Source of the DNA: Candidatus Berkelbacteria bacterium
GTDB taxonomy: Bacteria > Patescibacteriota > UBA1384 > CAILIB01
Direction of reading: 5' to 3'
Assembly: GCA_043751595.1 (NCBI GenBank)
Contig: JAYUZR010000042.1
Span: 270-64,269 of the forward strand
Length of the DNA: 64,000 nt
Shown: positions 1 to 9,469 of the stretch, one piece after another
How positions within the stretch are numbered: position 1 is the first letter of the stretch
How the letters are laid out: the number at the start of each line of letters is the position of its first letter
Notes under the pieces: generated by a model
Seen by the model: the letters and a program-made list of their open reading frames with translations, nothing else
The model's database searches: none
Told to the model about the DNA's origin: nothing
Program-made: the position numbers and the translations under genes

Positions 1-1
1 A

Positions 2-130
2 GCCCCTGCCTCTTCAGCTAAAGACTTGGAGCGCGCCTCCCACCGCCTACATGAGGCAAGTACCACGGCCCGAGATACGGCAAAGCTAGAGCAGCTAAGA
101 CTGTTTCTTAACCCCGCTCTTCTGGCTTAG
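2..130 (+). CDS. possible 3' end of a CDS entering the window (...EQLRLFLNPALLA*)
   Basis: Frame from position 2 is open to TAG at 128-130. Another frame is also partly open, so the frame is ambiguous. Confidence 0.3.
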   Translation, partial: APASSAKDLERASHRLHEASTTARDTAKLEQLRLFLNPALLA

Positions 131-980
131 TAAGGGTAACCACCTCCAGGTAGCGAAGAGCTCGGTACTGCAGTGTCCAGTAAATAGCCGTAAAGCTAAA
201 GATAAGTGCTTCGCTAAACCAGGAAAGAATGCTACCGATCCCAGAAGCAATAAGACTAACTCCAGTAGACTGCAAGGGATCTGTAACGATGGTCGATACA
301 AGTGAAATACCCACTACGATAAGTAGCCACTGGAGCAATGCCCAGAAGATAAGTGGCGTCTGGCTACGAAGCATGGCGGTTGCGCGCCGAAGACTGACAA
401 GTACACCAGCCTTCTCGAAGCTAATTTCTCGAACCGCCAATTCTCGTTGCACCGCCAAAACTACCAACACGACTAAAGCCACAGCCGAAAGCAGTACAAA
501 GAAAGGAAATAGTACAGGATACAGGGTAAAAAGGGCTTCAAAACTTCCTGGGATAGTCGCTGTACCGGCTACAGCAAAGATTAGTAAGCCTCCCAAAAAG
601 AGCACAACCACCAGAGTAAGAAGTGAAAAAAGCCAGCTTACTAATTGAAGCTGAGTAAGCGGTAGGGCGATAGGAGCTCCAGCCAATTTAAGGGCGGCTA
701 GAGGCATTAGTCTGGCCTGCTCTTGCTCAAATACCAGGGTAGAGCGCACCAAGGCACCAAGAGCTGCGTTAGCAATGAGCAACAAGGCTAATCCAAGGCA
801 AAGCAAACCCACTAAGCCCACAGGACTAGCTGCATACTGCTTTAGTATCTCCCTGCTGCCGGATGTAGCTGTCACCAAGCCAGGTAGTGTGGCAACCAAA
901 CCAAGCCAAAGCAATTGCGGGTGCAACTGGATATACGCACCCGAGCGTTGCGCAATAGCGGCATGATTAATTCCTATCAT
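108..980 (-). CDS. multi-pass membrane protein (GDPD membrane-domain-like)
   Basis: About 6 hydrophobic segments. ATG at 980 follows the ZIP stop at 985; the track start is 1007. Confidence 0.6.
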   Translation of the reverse strand: MIGINHAAIAQRSGAYIQLHPQLLWLGLVATLPGLVTATSGSREILKQYAASPVGLVGLLCLGLALLLIANAALGALVRSTLVFEQEQARLMPLAALKLAGAPIALPLTQLQLVSWLFSLLTLVVVLFLGGLLIFAVAGTATIPGSFEALFTLYPVLFPFFVLLSAVALVVLVVLAVQRELAVREISFEKAGVLVSLRRATAMLRSQTPLIFWALLQWLLIVVGISLVSTIVTDPLQSTGVSLIASGIGSILSWFSEALIFSFTAIYWTLQYRALRYLEVVTLTKPEERG

Positions 981-984
981 CTTC

Positions 985-1737
985 TTAGTTAAAAAAACAG
1001 TTAACAACTACAGGCCAGAAATACATAAGGAAGGCCGAAACTCCCGCGATGCTATAGGTAAGTTTGACCCCAACCTGCTCCTTAGCCTCTGGTAGTAATT
1101 CCTTTGCTACAAGCCAGAACATGGCTCCAGCTGCAAAACCGAGGCCTGCGGGCAAGAATACCACAAAGGTGCTTACAAAAAGAAAGGCTGGAACAGCCAT
1201 GATCGGCTGTGGGAGGCTACTGAAAATACTCCAACCCGCTGCCTTCCAAACAGAGGTGCCCTTTGGCACCATTACCGCACTAATTGCCAGGCCTTCTGGG
1301 ATATTATGAATAGCCAAAGCGAGGGCGATGAGAATACCAAAGGCTTGCGTCTCGCCAAAAGCAAAGCCGATACTGACTCCTTCAGCAAAGGAGTGGACCG
1401 TCATGATGGCGATGATCATGATGATCTTGCGCAGGTTTGCCCCAGCAAGCTCGGCAGGATCGGCATCGATATTTCTTTTCTCGAGAATGTAGTGAGCCGC
1501 AAAAATAAAGAGACCCCCAACTACAAGCCCTGCCACTACCCGCATCAGGCTGATCCGGGCGCCATCAACAATAAGTTGCACCGAAGCGCCAACCATAAGG
1601 CCTGAGGCCAGTGCATTGCAGACACCAACAGCTTTGGGCGTAACCTTTTTGAGAAAGAAAAAAGGCAATGCACCAAGGCCAGTTGCCACTGCCGTGAGCA
1701 GTGCGTACCAAAAAACAAGAATAACGGAGTGAGACAT
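985..1737 (-). CDS. ZIP family metal transporter (ZupT/GufA-like)
   Basis: HSFAEG and HNIPEG motifs, ATGLGALP N-terminus, ELLPEA. Start placed at MSHSV. Confidence 0.9.
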   Translation of the reverse strand: MSHSVILVFWYALLTAVATGLGALPFFFLKKVTPKAVGVCNALASGLMVGASVQLIVDGARISLMRVVAGLVVGGLFIFAAHYILEKRNIDADPAELAGANLRKIIMIIAIMTVHSFAEGVSIGFAFGETQAFGILIALALAIHNIPEGLAISAVMVPKGTSVWKAAGWSIFSSLPQPIMAVPAFLFVSTFVVFLPAGLGFAAGAMFWLVAKELLPEAKEQVGVKLTYSIAGVSAFLMYFWPVVVNCFFN

Positions 1738-1782
1738 ACTACTGAAAAGTAGCATACTCAACCCGAAAAAGATACGAACAAA

Positions 1783-3201
1783 CTACTGCGCAAGACCAAT
1801 CTCTCCGCCATTCTTAGCGCTAGGATTAAGTGGAATAACCACCGAGATAAGCGTACCGCTATTAATCTGGGAGCTTACCGTTACTTTACCGCCAAGCTCT
1901 TTCTCGACGATAGTATTAACAATAGTGAGCCCCAGACCCGTACCGCCGCGGTGTTTTTTGGTTGTGTAGGAGAACCTACTGACCGCGCGCAGTACTTCTG
2001 ATGTCATACCGCAGCCATAATCTTGGACGGTAAGGTAGAGCCATTTGCCGTCTCTGCGCAGCACGACATGAATGTACCGCTCGCGAATACTACGCTTGGA
2101 GCCCTGGTAGGAATCGATGGCGTTAGTGAGTAAGTTGGAAATAACCTGAGTAAAGCGCTCCTTGGGGCCAAAGAATGCGTCTGCATCTCCTTCTAGTCGT
2201 ACTTCAACCCCCATTTCGTGGCAGCGGTATTCGAGCAGCTGAATAACCCTCTCTATTTCTTCGTAGGGACTAAACTCGCTTGAGTGGTATTCGTTTTTTA
2301 CCTGGCTGCGTAGAGAGGTGACCATACCCTCGAGACTTTTGATGGCTTCCTGCGCTTTCTCGAGGCGGATAACATCCCCACCCTCGGCGAGCTGGAGGTT
2401 AAGTGAAGCGGCATTAATGGGATTAAGAATATCGTGCATTAGTGCAGAAGTTCTCCTGCCCCACTCGAGGAGTTGAGCCATTTCTAGATCGTAGGTCATT
2501 TCGATTCTACCAAGCTGAATGGTTTGCTCCCCCACCGTCTCTACCAATTGATCGCGCTCCACCCGGAGGAGCCGCTCTGATTTTTCAAGCCTTTTTAGTG
2601 CATGCTCCAGCTGCGCAGTGGTAAGCCAGGCCGAAAAAGCGATAAGAAGAAGTTGGAAGCCCATCGAGATAGCATCACCCACCATAGGCGCCTGGGTCTG
2701 CCAAGTGAGATCGGGATGTATACTGCCCGTATTGTGCAGTGCCTGGGTTATGCCGATCATTACCACCGCGATAGTGCCGACAAGCATACTCGTTTTAGCC
2801 TTAAATAAGCTACTGGCCATTAGCATTGCGTAGCAGAATAGAACTAAGGCGCTTGGCACAAAGATACCCCAGCGCAGAATAAGACAGAGACTAATAATAA
2901 AAAGGCTGGTAACCGCCACAATTGCTGGGACGATATGATTACCTCTTAGACTAGTAATGAAGAGTGCGACAATCCCTAAACAGACAAATACGCAAATAGC
3001 GAGAATGACGAGGTGCCAAGAACCGCCACGCATTGCAAACTCGTACACGGTAAAGAGAAGAGAAAAGAGGGAAATAGCTAAAAAACCAAGCAATAAGACA
3101 TGAAGCACGAACTGTTTTCTGCGTTGATCGGCAGCGGGATGATTTGGCCAAATAAGCTTTGGAAGCGGCCAGTATATGTTTTCGCTATCTCTCGTAAACA
3201 T
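1783..3201 (-). CDS. membrane sensor histidine kinase
   Basis: N-terminal TM bundle, H-box HDILNP, N-box NLLTNAID, DYGCG and GTGLGL. Start uncertain (3201 or 3228). Confidence 0.9.
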   Translation of the reverse strand: MFTRDSENIYWPLPKLIWPNHPAADQRRKQFVLHVLLLGFLAISLFSLLFTVYEFAMRGGSWHLVILAICVFVCLGIVALFITSLRGNHIVPAIVAVTSLFIISLCLILRWGIFVPSALVLFCYAMLMASSLFKAKTSMLVGTIAVVMIGITQALHNTGSIHPDLTWQTQAPMVGDAISMGFQLLLIAFSAWLTTAQLEHALKRLEKSERLLRVERDQLVETVGEQTIQLGRIEMTYDLEMAQLLEWGRRTSALMHDILNPINAASLNLQLAEGGDVIRLEKAQEAIKSLEGMVTSLRSQVKNEYHSSEFSPYEEIERVIQLLEYRCHEMGVEVRLEGDADAFFGPKERFTQVISNLLTNAIDSYQGSKRSIRERYIHVVLRRDGKWLYLTVQDYGCGMTSEVLRAVSRFSYTTKKHRGGTGLGLTIVNTIVEKELGGKVTVSSQINSGTLISVVIPLNPSAKNGGEIGLAQ

Positions 3202-3910
3202 GGGTAACTGCTCGTGGATGAGGATCAAAGTAGTAGCCCGCTCCTCTTGCGCTGATAACTAGAGGGCGCCCGAGCTCTTGCTGAAAGCGATCTCGGGCGC
3301 GTTTTACGTGAACCGTTACAGTTTGCGCCTGCGAACCCTGCATGGTTGGTGGAAGTTGGGAAAGAATCTCTTGCCTGGAGACAACTCGATCTACCCGGGC
3401 CAGGTACTGTACGATGGCAAACTCTCGGGGACGGAGGGATACCCATCGACCCCCTACAGAAATAGCACTGCGAAGATCATCGAAAAGGATACCTTCGTGA
3501 TGAAGAAGGGTTGATTGTACGTTTTCTTGGCTATTCTGGTTAGTCCGGCGGACTAAGGCCTGAAGTTGAGCAAGGATAACCTCTTTGCGCAGTGGCTTAG
3601 TGAGGACGGCATCCGCCCCCTGCTGTAGCGCTGTAATTGCAATCTCTTCCGAGTGCTCTGCAGTTATCACCAAAATAGGCTGAGTAACAGTTGCAGCGCG
3701 CAGCCGCTGAATAACTACCGTGCCGGGGATGTCTGGAAGACCGAGATCGAGGATGACGGCGGAAACAGTTTTTCTTTTACAAAAGAGTAGGGCGCCGTTT
3801 CCGGTACCCACATGTGCAACTTGATACAGCCCTTTTAGGAGGTGGGTAAGCGCCTCAGCCGTTGCGGGATGATCTTCTACGATAAGAATAAGCGGTTCTT
3901 GAGCCTCCAT
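3185..3910 (-). CDS. OmpR/PhoB family response regulator
   Basis: Receiver domain (IVEDH, LDLGLPD, KP) plus winged helix ending RGAGY. Confidence 0.92.
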   Translation of the reverse strand: MEAQEPLILIVEDHPATAEALTHLLKGLYQVAHVGTGNGALLFCKRKTVSAVILDLGLPDIPGTVVIQRLRAATVTQPILVITAEHSEEIAITALQQGADAVLTKPLRKEVILAQLQALVRRTNQNSQENVQSTLLHHEGILFDDLRSAISVGGRWVSLRPREFAIVQYLARVDRVVSRQEILSQLPPTMQGSQAQTVTVHVKRARDRFQQELGRPLVISARGAGYYFDPHPRAVTHVYER

Positions 3911-3917
3911 GCGCTAG

Positions 3918-3950
3918 ATACTAGCGCAAGTTTCGTGACCTCGGGGTGAC
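3918..3950 (-). promoter_or_regulatory. GTCAC-N6-GTCAC direct repeat plus -10 TAGTAT upstream of the response regulator
   Basis: Plus strand gtgacctcggggtgac at 3935-3950, 11 nt from the -10 at 3918-3923. Confidence 0.55.
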
Positions 3951-3968
3951 ATGCTCTCCAATACCCAA

Positions 3969-4421
3969 TTATACCCCTAGCTTTTGATTCATTTCTGTAA
4001 CCCCGCCCCCTACCCAAACCTGTTTTGCTGACCCATCGGGGGCGAGCTCAACAAAGGTATGCTGATAATTAATGGCAAACTTTTTGCGCAGTTCTTTGTT
4101 TGAGTCAAAATCAACCTTTACGATAACCACATCGCTCGGCAACTTGCTCAGAGCTTCAGTTTTAAACTCGGCATCAGCCGAACGACAGGTGGGACACCAA
4201 GGTGCGGCAAAAAAGTACACTATTCTCTTGTTTTCTGGATTAGATGGAGCGTAATCCCGAAAAAGCTGGTACTGAGCACCAGTAATAACAGGCTGAACCG
4301 CAGCAGCCGTAGCCTTGGTTTGGACGGGAATGTTGGAGGCATTCATCATAAAAAAACCAAGGACAATACCAGCGACTACCACCACTCCAAACCCAGTTAC
4401 TGCGCGAATATGAGAAGCCAT
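3969..4421 (-). CDS. membrane-anchored thioredoxin family protein
   Basis: N-terminal TM helix and WCPTC active site; paralogous to 50163-50711. Confidence 0.85.
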   Translation of the reverse strand: MASHIRAVTGFGVVVVAGIVLGFFMMNASNIPVQTKATAAAVQPVITGAQYQLFRDYAPSNPENKRIVYFFAAPWCPTCRSADAEFKTEALSKLPSDVVIVKVDFDSNKELRKKFAINYQHTFVELAPDGSAKQVWVGGGVTEMNQKLGV

Positions 4422-4906
4422 GATCGAATATACGATACTAGACCAAGTCTAATTGAACCAGTAGGAAGCGAAATAGTAAGGATTGGGTGATCTGGTAGAA
4501 AAGTACAGGGTAACGTTATTTCAAGGCGGCGCTCGGTTAACTGACGGGTGGAGATGCGCTCTTTTCCTCCGGAGTAATCGATGGCAACCGTATTAACCAC
4601 TACTCCATTAGGCAGAGCTAGAGTAATAGGGAGAGGCTCACAAACTGCTCCTACCCCAAATGACTGAACTCTGAGCGATGCCTGTACACGCTTATTTCGG
4701 AGAAGTAATTGGCCAATTTCTTTATTGTACTGAGTTATTACTCCCACTTCTGAAATGGTGACCAGGTTACGAGTATCAAGCTCGGGTCGCTGTTGGTAGT
4801 AGTTGAGCCATACCCCCTTGGCGATGAGCGCCAGGAGACCTGCAAGTAGAGTAGCCACCAAAAGAAGCCTAACCTTCCGATTTCTCAGGAAATGAGGGAT
4901 GCGCAT
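4397..4906 (-). CDS. hypothetical membrane-anchored protein
   Basis: N-terminal TM helix, TAGCAT-N6-ATG start, overlaps the thioredoxin start. Confidence 0.65.
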   Translation of the reverse strand: MRIPHFLRNRKVRLLLVATLLAGLLALIAKGVWLNYYQQRPELDTRNLVTISEVGVITQYNKEIGQLLLRNKRVQASLRVQSFGVGAVCEPLPITLALPNGVVVNTVAIDYSGGKERISTRQLTERRLEITLPCTFLPDHPILTISLPTGSIRLGLVSYIRSWLLIFAQ

Positions 4907-4959
4907 AGCTCTATGCTACCATATTGCTCATTTGATGAGCTTCTGGTTCTAGTGGGTAT

Positions 4960-5916
4960 ATGCAATCACGCAATCAAACTCGTCACACTCCCCGCCCGGC
5001 CCAGATTGAAAAAATGGTCCGAAGGACTGCTTTTCGGTTAAAGCAGGATGATGTTTCGTGGCAAGAAGCCTTTACCCAGGCGGTAATGGCCGCCAATAGC
5101 TCGAAGCCAGCAGCAATTTGGTGCAAGCCAAAAGAAGCGGCTAGCAACCTACCAGAAAACCTACCTGCCCTGGCATGGCAACCAGATTGGGTTGAAGTGT
5201 TTAAAGATACCGACACAAGTATCGGTAAGCACACGCTACATGAGTCAGGGCACCTCTATTCACTCGATTTCTCCTCAGTTGTTTCGGCCTCCTCTCTCCT
5301 CACCATCACCGAACCAATCGAGACCATTCTTGATATGTGCGCAGCACCTGGTGGCAAAGCGCTCTTTGCCTGGAGAGCTTTTAACCCCGAGCTCCTCGTC
5401 TGCAACGAGGTAATCTACAAGCGGCACGCTATGTTGCATGCCAACCTTAATCGTACAGGTGCCTCAGAAGTAGCAGAAGTAGTGCAGCGCGATCCGGATT
5501 CACTCAGCAAGCAGTACCCAAACTTCGCCGATATTGTGTTGGTCGATGCACCTTGTAGCGGACAATCTCTACTCGCCAAGGGCGATGAAGCCGAAGGTGC
5601 TTTTTTGGACCACGTAGTTGCTGCTAATATGACCCGACAGCGCCGCATCTTAGCTAACGCCGTTAAGATTGTGCGGCCCGGTGGCTATCTTTGTTACATG
5701 ACCTGCACCTATGCTCGCGAAGAAAATGAGAAAAACGTAGAATGGCTTCTACGTCGCTTCCCCGAGTTTACCGCTCAAATTGTTCCTCATCTAGAAGAAG
5801 CAGGCATTAGGAGCTGGCTTCTTGATGAACCCTGCTACCGCCACTCTCCTCAAGATGGCCTTGGTGCCGGTGGGTTTGTTGCGCTCCTCCGCCGCTCTAC
5901 AGAACCAGTAGATTAA
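4960..5916 (+). CDS. RsmB/RsmF/NOP2 family RNA m5C methyltransferase
   Basis: LDMCAAPGGK, VDAPCSG and TCT...ENE motifs. Confidence 0.92.
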   Translation: MQSRNQTRHTPRPAQIEKMVRRTAFRLKQDDVSWQEAFTQAVMAANSSKPAAIWCKPKEAASNLPENLPALAWQPDWVEVFKDTDTSIGKHTLHESGHLYSLDFSSVVSASSLLTITEPIETILDMCAAPGGKALFAWRAFNPELLVCNEVIYKRHAMLHANLNRTGASEVAEVVQRDPDSLSKQYPNFADIVLVDAPCSGQSLLAKGDEAEGAFLDHVVAANMTRQRRILANAVKIVRPGGYLCYMTCTYAREENEKNVEWLLRRFPEFTAQIVPHLEEAGIRSWLLDEPCYRHSPQDGLGAGGFVALLRRSTEPVD

Positions 5917-6002
5917 CTACCCCTTATACCTCGACCCAAGAAATAACCGGCTACCGTGGCGAGCAGGGCAAGTGCTACAAGTAGGCGTCGACTTACGACC
6001 AT
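5913..6002 (-). CDS. 29-aa single-TM small protein (MVVSRRLLVALALLATVAGYFLGRGIRGS)
   Basis: Hand translated. Fills the gap, overlaps the upstream stop, has a hydrophobic core. Confidence 0.45.
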   Translation of the reverse strand: MVVSRRLLVALALLATVAGYFLGRGIRGS

Positions 6003-6772
6003 TCCTCAAAGATTGATTGAGCGGTATCGGTTAGGCCGTGCGCAAGTAGTCTGCGCTTGAGCGCGATCTCGGGCCTGCGCTCACCAACAAGGACAATATT
6101 CTGCCGTTCGCCTGGTCGATTAAGTCGGGTCATAAAACACGGCGTAATGGTAAGTCCAGTTTTTTTGTAACGCTGCACCAGTGAGCGAAGATCGCCCCGC
6201 AGCTCGTTCCAGGTAGCAATATAGTTTTGCAGAAGCATTCCGCGCTGAAGCATGCGGTCCATCAGTTTATGTAGGAAGCGCTGATCATGCACGCTTTCCG
6301 GAACAACTCCCCCATCATCTCCAACTAACGTAGGCTCGAAAACATCGAATAATATCAGGCCATACCTAGGTCCTTTATCTTGTTCGATAAATGCCTCGGC
6401 CGTCATTGTATGCCAAGTAACTCGCTCGGTAGGGCAAGAGAAATAGCGCTCGGCCAGTGCCTGCAGACGGCCATCGGGCTCTACCACGGTAAAGTGCGCC
6501 TTGGGGAACATCTCGTACATCGCGGTTACTGCAACACCAGCACCACCTCCTAATAGGAGTATCTTTTCGGTAGTACTAGGAACAAGGTGCGCCAAGTGCC
6601 TCCAGTGAACCAGATAGCGATAGGCCGGCTCTCCGTCATCAATATACTGAGCAGCAGCCCGCTGACGAAGTAAGCGAAGCTCGAGCACTGCTCGGTTAGT
6701 CCAGGCATCGGTGGTACGCAGAACGGTAATTCGCTCTGCACCCTCTCCTTCTTGAAAAATAATGCGATCCAT
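5993..6772 (-). CDS. spermidine synthase-like SAM-dependent transferase
   Basis: LLLGGGAG, VVEPD and LILFDVF motifs. Start MDRII lies 7 nt after TAAGGT. Confidence 0.75.
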   Translation of the reverse strand: MDRIIFQEGEGAERITVLRTTDAWTNRAVLELRLLRQRAAAQYIDDGEPAYRYLVHWRHLAHLVPSTTEKILLLGGGAGVAVTAMYEMFPKAHFTVVEPDGRLQALAERYFSCPTERVTWHTMTAEAFIEQDKGPRYGLILFDVFEPTLVGDDGGVVPESVHDQRFLHKLMDRMLQRGMLLQNYIATWNELRGDLRSLVQRYKKTGLTITPCFMTRLNRPGERQNIVLVGERRPEIALKRRLLAHGLTDTAQSIFEEWS

Positions 6773-6831
6773 GTGCAACACCTTAGCAGGTTCCTCTTGA
6801 CGAAGCATCCCCCTTCGAGTAACCCTGCTGT

Positions 6832-7134
6832 ATGCGCACACGACTTACAGCCATTTTCTTAGTACTAGTAATCCTTGGCACCATTGGTGGGGCAGTCTAT
6901 TACTTTAATATAGCCAGCACGGGTGATACCAGCTGGCCAGCTGCACCTCTTTCCAGCTCCTCTCCCATTCCCTTTGATCCCGACGCTACACCTGTTGAGC
7001 CAAGCGCCCCTACTATTAACTTGGATGCCGGCGCGATAAATAGCCCAGATGCGTACATTCCTCGCGGCCGAGATGCAGTGCCCACTCAGGCAACCACCGA
7101 GACTCCGCCGCCAACCGAAGAGCCCGCCTTTTAA
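6832..7134 (+). CDS. small membrane-anchored Pro/Thr-rich protein
   Basis: N-terminal TM helix followed by a low-complexity tail. Confidence 0.6.
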   Translation: MRTRLTAIFLVLVILGTIGGAVYYFNIASTGDTSWPAAPLSSSSPIPFDPDATPVEPSAPTINLDAGAINSPDAYIPRGRDAVPTQATTETPPPTEEPAF

Positions 7135-7177
7135 TAGAGAATAGACTCATGCCTCTATACCGCGGTAAACTGGAGGC

Positions 7178-8848
7178 ATGAATCTTTTCGCCGAACTTAG
7201 CCTCGTTCTAATTGTTGCCACTATTGTGGCTGCCGCGATGCAGCGAATTAAGCAGCCGCTTATTATTGGCCATATTGTTACCGGTATCTTGGTTGGCCCC
7301 TACGTTTTTAATGTTATTCAATCAGCTGAGATCTTTGAACTACTCTCCAAGCTTGGCGTTACGCTCCTCCTTTTTATTATTGGTCTCAGCCTTAACCCTA
7401 AGGTTCTTAAAGAAGTAGGAACCCCGGCCCTTGTTATCGGAATTGGCCAAATTGCGGGAACTGCCCTAGTTGGTGGCACCATCGCCTTTGCCTTTGGTCT
7501 TTCACTGATGAGCTCGCTCTTTATTGGCGTCGCCCTTTCACTTAGTAGTACCATCGTTATTCTCAAGCTGTTAAGTGATATGCGCCAACTAGGAACACTA
7601 CACGGCAAAATCACCATTGGCATCTTGGTTCTTCAAGATATTGTCGCCAGTGCAGCCTTAGTAGTGGTAGGTAGTGCACACGGTGGCCACAGCCAGGCAC
7701 AACTTGGCCTTCTGGGAAGTAAAGTATTCTTATTTGTTGGTGGTATTTGGCTGCTTGTTCGTTTTATTGTCCCAAAAATTGCACCGCTTATTGCCGCTTC
7801 CCAAGAGTTTCTCTTCCTCTTTACCCTGGGCTGGGGCTTGGGCATTGCCTCCCTTGCTAGTATGGTTGGCTTTTCTCCAGAGATTGGTGCCCTGGTTGCC
7901 GGTGTTGCCTTAGCCAGCACTCCGTACGCCCACGAGATTGCTGCCAAGATGCGTCCGCTTCGCGATTTCTTTGTGGTGGTATTCTTTATCATTCTAGGAG
8001 CACAGTTTGGTATTAATGATGTCCACACAGTTATCGTACCGGCCCTCTTCCTCTCCCTCTTTGTTCTTCTTGGAAAACCCTTTATTACTACCCTCCTCGC
8101 TGCCCTTTCTCATTATCGATCAGAAACCAGTATTAAAACTGGGTTGATGCTCGGGCAGGTAAGCGAGTTCTCCTTTATCTTGGTGCTACTCGGCGCCCAG
8201 CTTGGAATGATTCCCCAACCAATTGTGAGCCTGGTTACGCTTACCGCCATTATCACCCTTACTTTCTCTAGTTACTTTATTCTCTACAGCGATAAGCTTT
8301 ACCGCTTTTTACGGCCCTACATTACCAAGGCGGAACATAACGATCACTCTCAGCCAAAGCTTAAGCACGAGTACGATATCTTTGTTTTTGGGTATAAAAA
8401 GGCAGGCAGGCATTTTGTTGATGAACTGATTCGGCTTGAGCAGCGCTTCTTGGTAATCGATTTTGATCCTCAAATGATTAAAAACCTTGAGGACCGAGGC
8501 ATTCCCTGCCTCTTTGGCGATGCCAGCAATCCCGAGCTCCTAGGCGACCTCGATCTTGCTACCGCCCAGGTAGTGGTCTGCAATATCGCCCATTATGTGA
8601 CCAGCAATCTTCTACTGAGCATCGTGCACACGGCTAACCCCAATACCGTAGTAGTCCTTACCTGTGATGATCCCCGCGAAGCGGCCGAACTCTACCACGC
8701 AGGCGCTACATACGTTGTAATGCCACATTACCTTGGTGGTACCAAGATAAGCTCAATCATTGATAGGTATGGTTTGTCCCGCGAGGTATTTGAGCGCGAG
8801 CAGCAAAAACACCTATCGTATCTGTTTAAAATTCACGGGATTTCCTAG
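7178..8848 (+). CDS. CPA2 cation:proton antiporter (KefB/KefC-like) with C-terminal KTN/TrkA-N domain
   Basis: SLSSTIV, LVLQD, QVSEFSF and C-terminal GDAS. Confidence 0.93.
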   Translation: MNLFAELSLVLIVATIVAAAMQRIKQPLIIGHIVTGILVGPYVFNVIQSAEIFELLSKLGVTLLLFIIGLSLNPKVLKEVGTPALVIGIGQIAGTALVGGTIAFAFGLSLMSSLFIGVALSLSSTIVILKLLSDMRQLGTLHGKITIGILVLQDIVASAALVVVGSAHGGHSQAQLGLLGSKVFLFVGGIWLLVRFIVPKIAPLIAASQEFLFLFTLGWGLGIASLASMVGFSPEIGALVAGVALASTPYAHEIAAKMRPLRDFFVVVFFIILGAQFGINDVHTVIVPALFLSLFVLLGKPFITTLLAALSHYRSETSIKTGLMLGQVSEFSFILVLLGAQLGMIPQPIVSLVTLTAIITLTFSSYFILYSDKLYRFLRPYITKAEHNDHSQPKLKHEYDIFVFGYKKAGRHFVDELIRLEQRFLVIDFDPQMIKNLEDRGIPCLFGDASNPELLGDLDLATAQVVVCNIAHYVTSNLLLSIVHTANPNTVVVLTCDDPREAAELYHAGATYVVMPHYLGGTKISSIIDRYGLSREVFEREQQKHLSYLFKIHGIS

Positions 8849-9427
8849 CTAGTCTACCGCTAGTCCAGCCAAGCGACGATCGGGAACCACCCACAAAATA
8901 GCGGTACAACCCAAGATAACAAGTGAGGAAATTGGTGAGAAAAAAGCGCAAAGAAAAGCTAGCGTATAGAGGACCTGAGAAATGAGTCCCTTTTTATCCC
9001 GCCCAATGCGCTGAGCAATCTCACTTGTTGGGTTTGCCCGGATAATACTACGACTCAAGAGGTAGTACGCATTTCCGCTCATAAAGCCAACAACCGCATA
9101 TAAGAATACGGGCCAACGCTCGGTGTAATGATGATGCTCGCCCACCCAAGCCGTAGCAATAGGAACCAAGGAAAGCCAAAACAGTACGTGCATATTTGCC
9201 CACATAATCTTGCTACTAATCTTCTTAGTCGCCCTAAGAAGGTGGTGGTGATTATTCCAGTAGATTGCGAGCACGATAAAGCTGAAAACGTAGGCGACGA
9301 GCTTAGGGACAACCTCCCGCCAATCAGCAATATCGGCACTAGCCGGAGCTTTAATCTCCAGAATCATGATCGTGATAATGATGGCGATCACGGCGTCGCT
9401 AAAAGCCTCGAGGCGGGATGTATTCAT
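8849..9427 (-). CDS. TMEM175 family potassium channel (DUF1211)
   Basis: RLEAFSDAVIAIIITIMILE signature and YWNNHH. Confidence 0.93.
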   Translation of the reverse strand: MNTSRLEAFSDAVIAIIITIMILEIKAPASADIADWREVVPKLVAYVFSFIVLAIYWNNHHHLLRATKKISSKIMWANMHVLFWLSLVPIATAWVGEHHHYTERWPVFLYAVVGFMSGNAYYLLSRSIIRANPTSEIAQRIGRDKKGLISQVLYTLAFLCAFFSPISSLVILGCTAILWVVPDRRLAGLAVD

Positions 9428-9469
9428 GCCCGCACTCTAGCAAAACCAACCTTAGTAGTGAATAACTGC

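Noticed and set aside
89-106. QLRLF beta-clamp-binding-like motif in the partial first ORF
   Set aside because: The reading frame is uncertain and the gene lies mostly outside the window.
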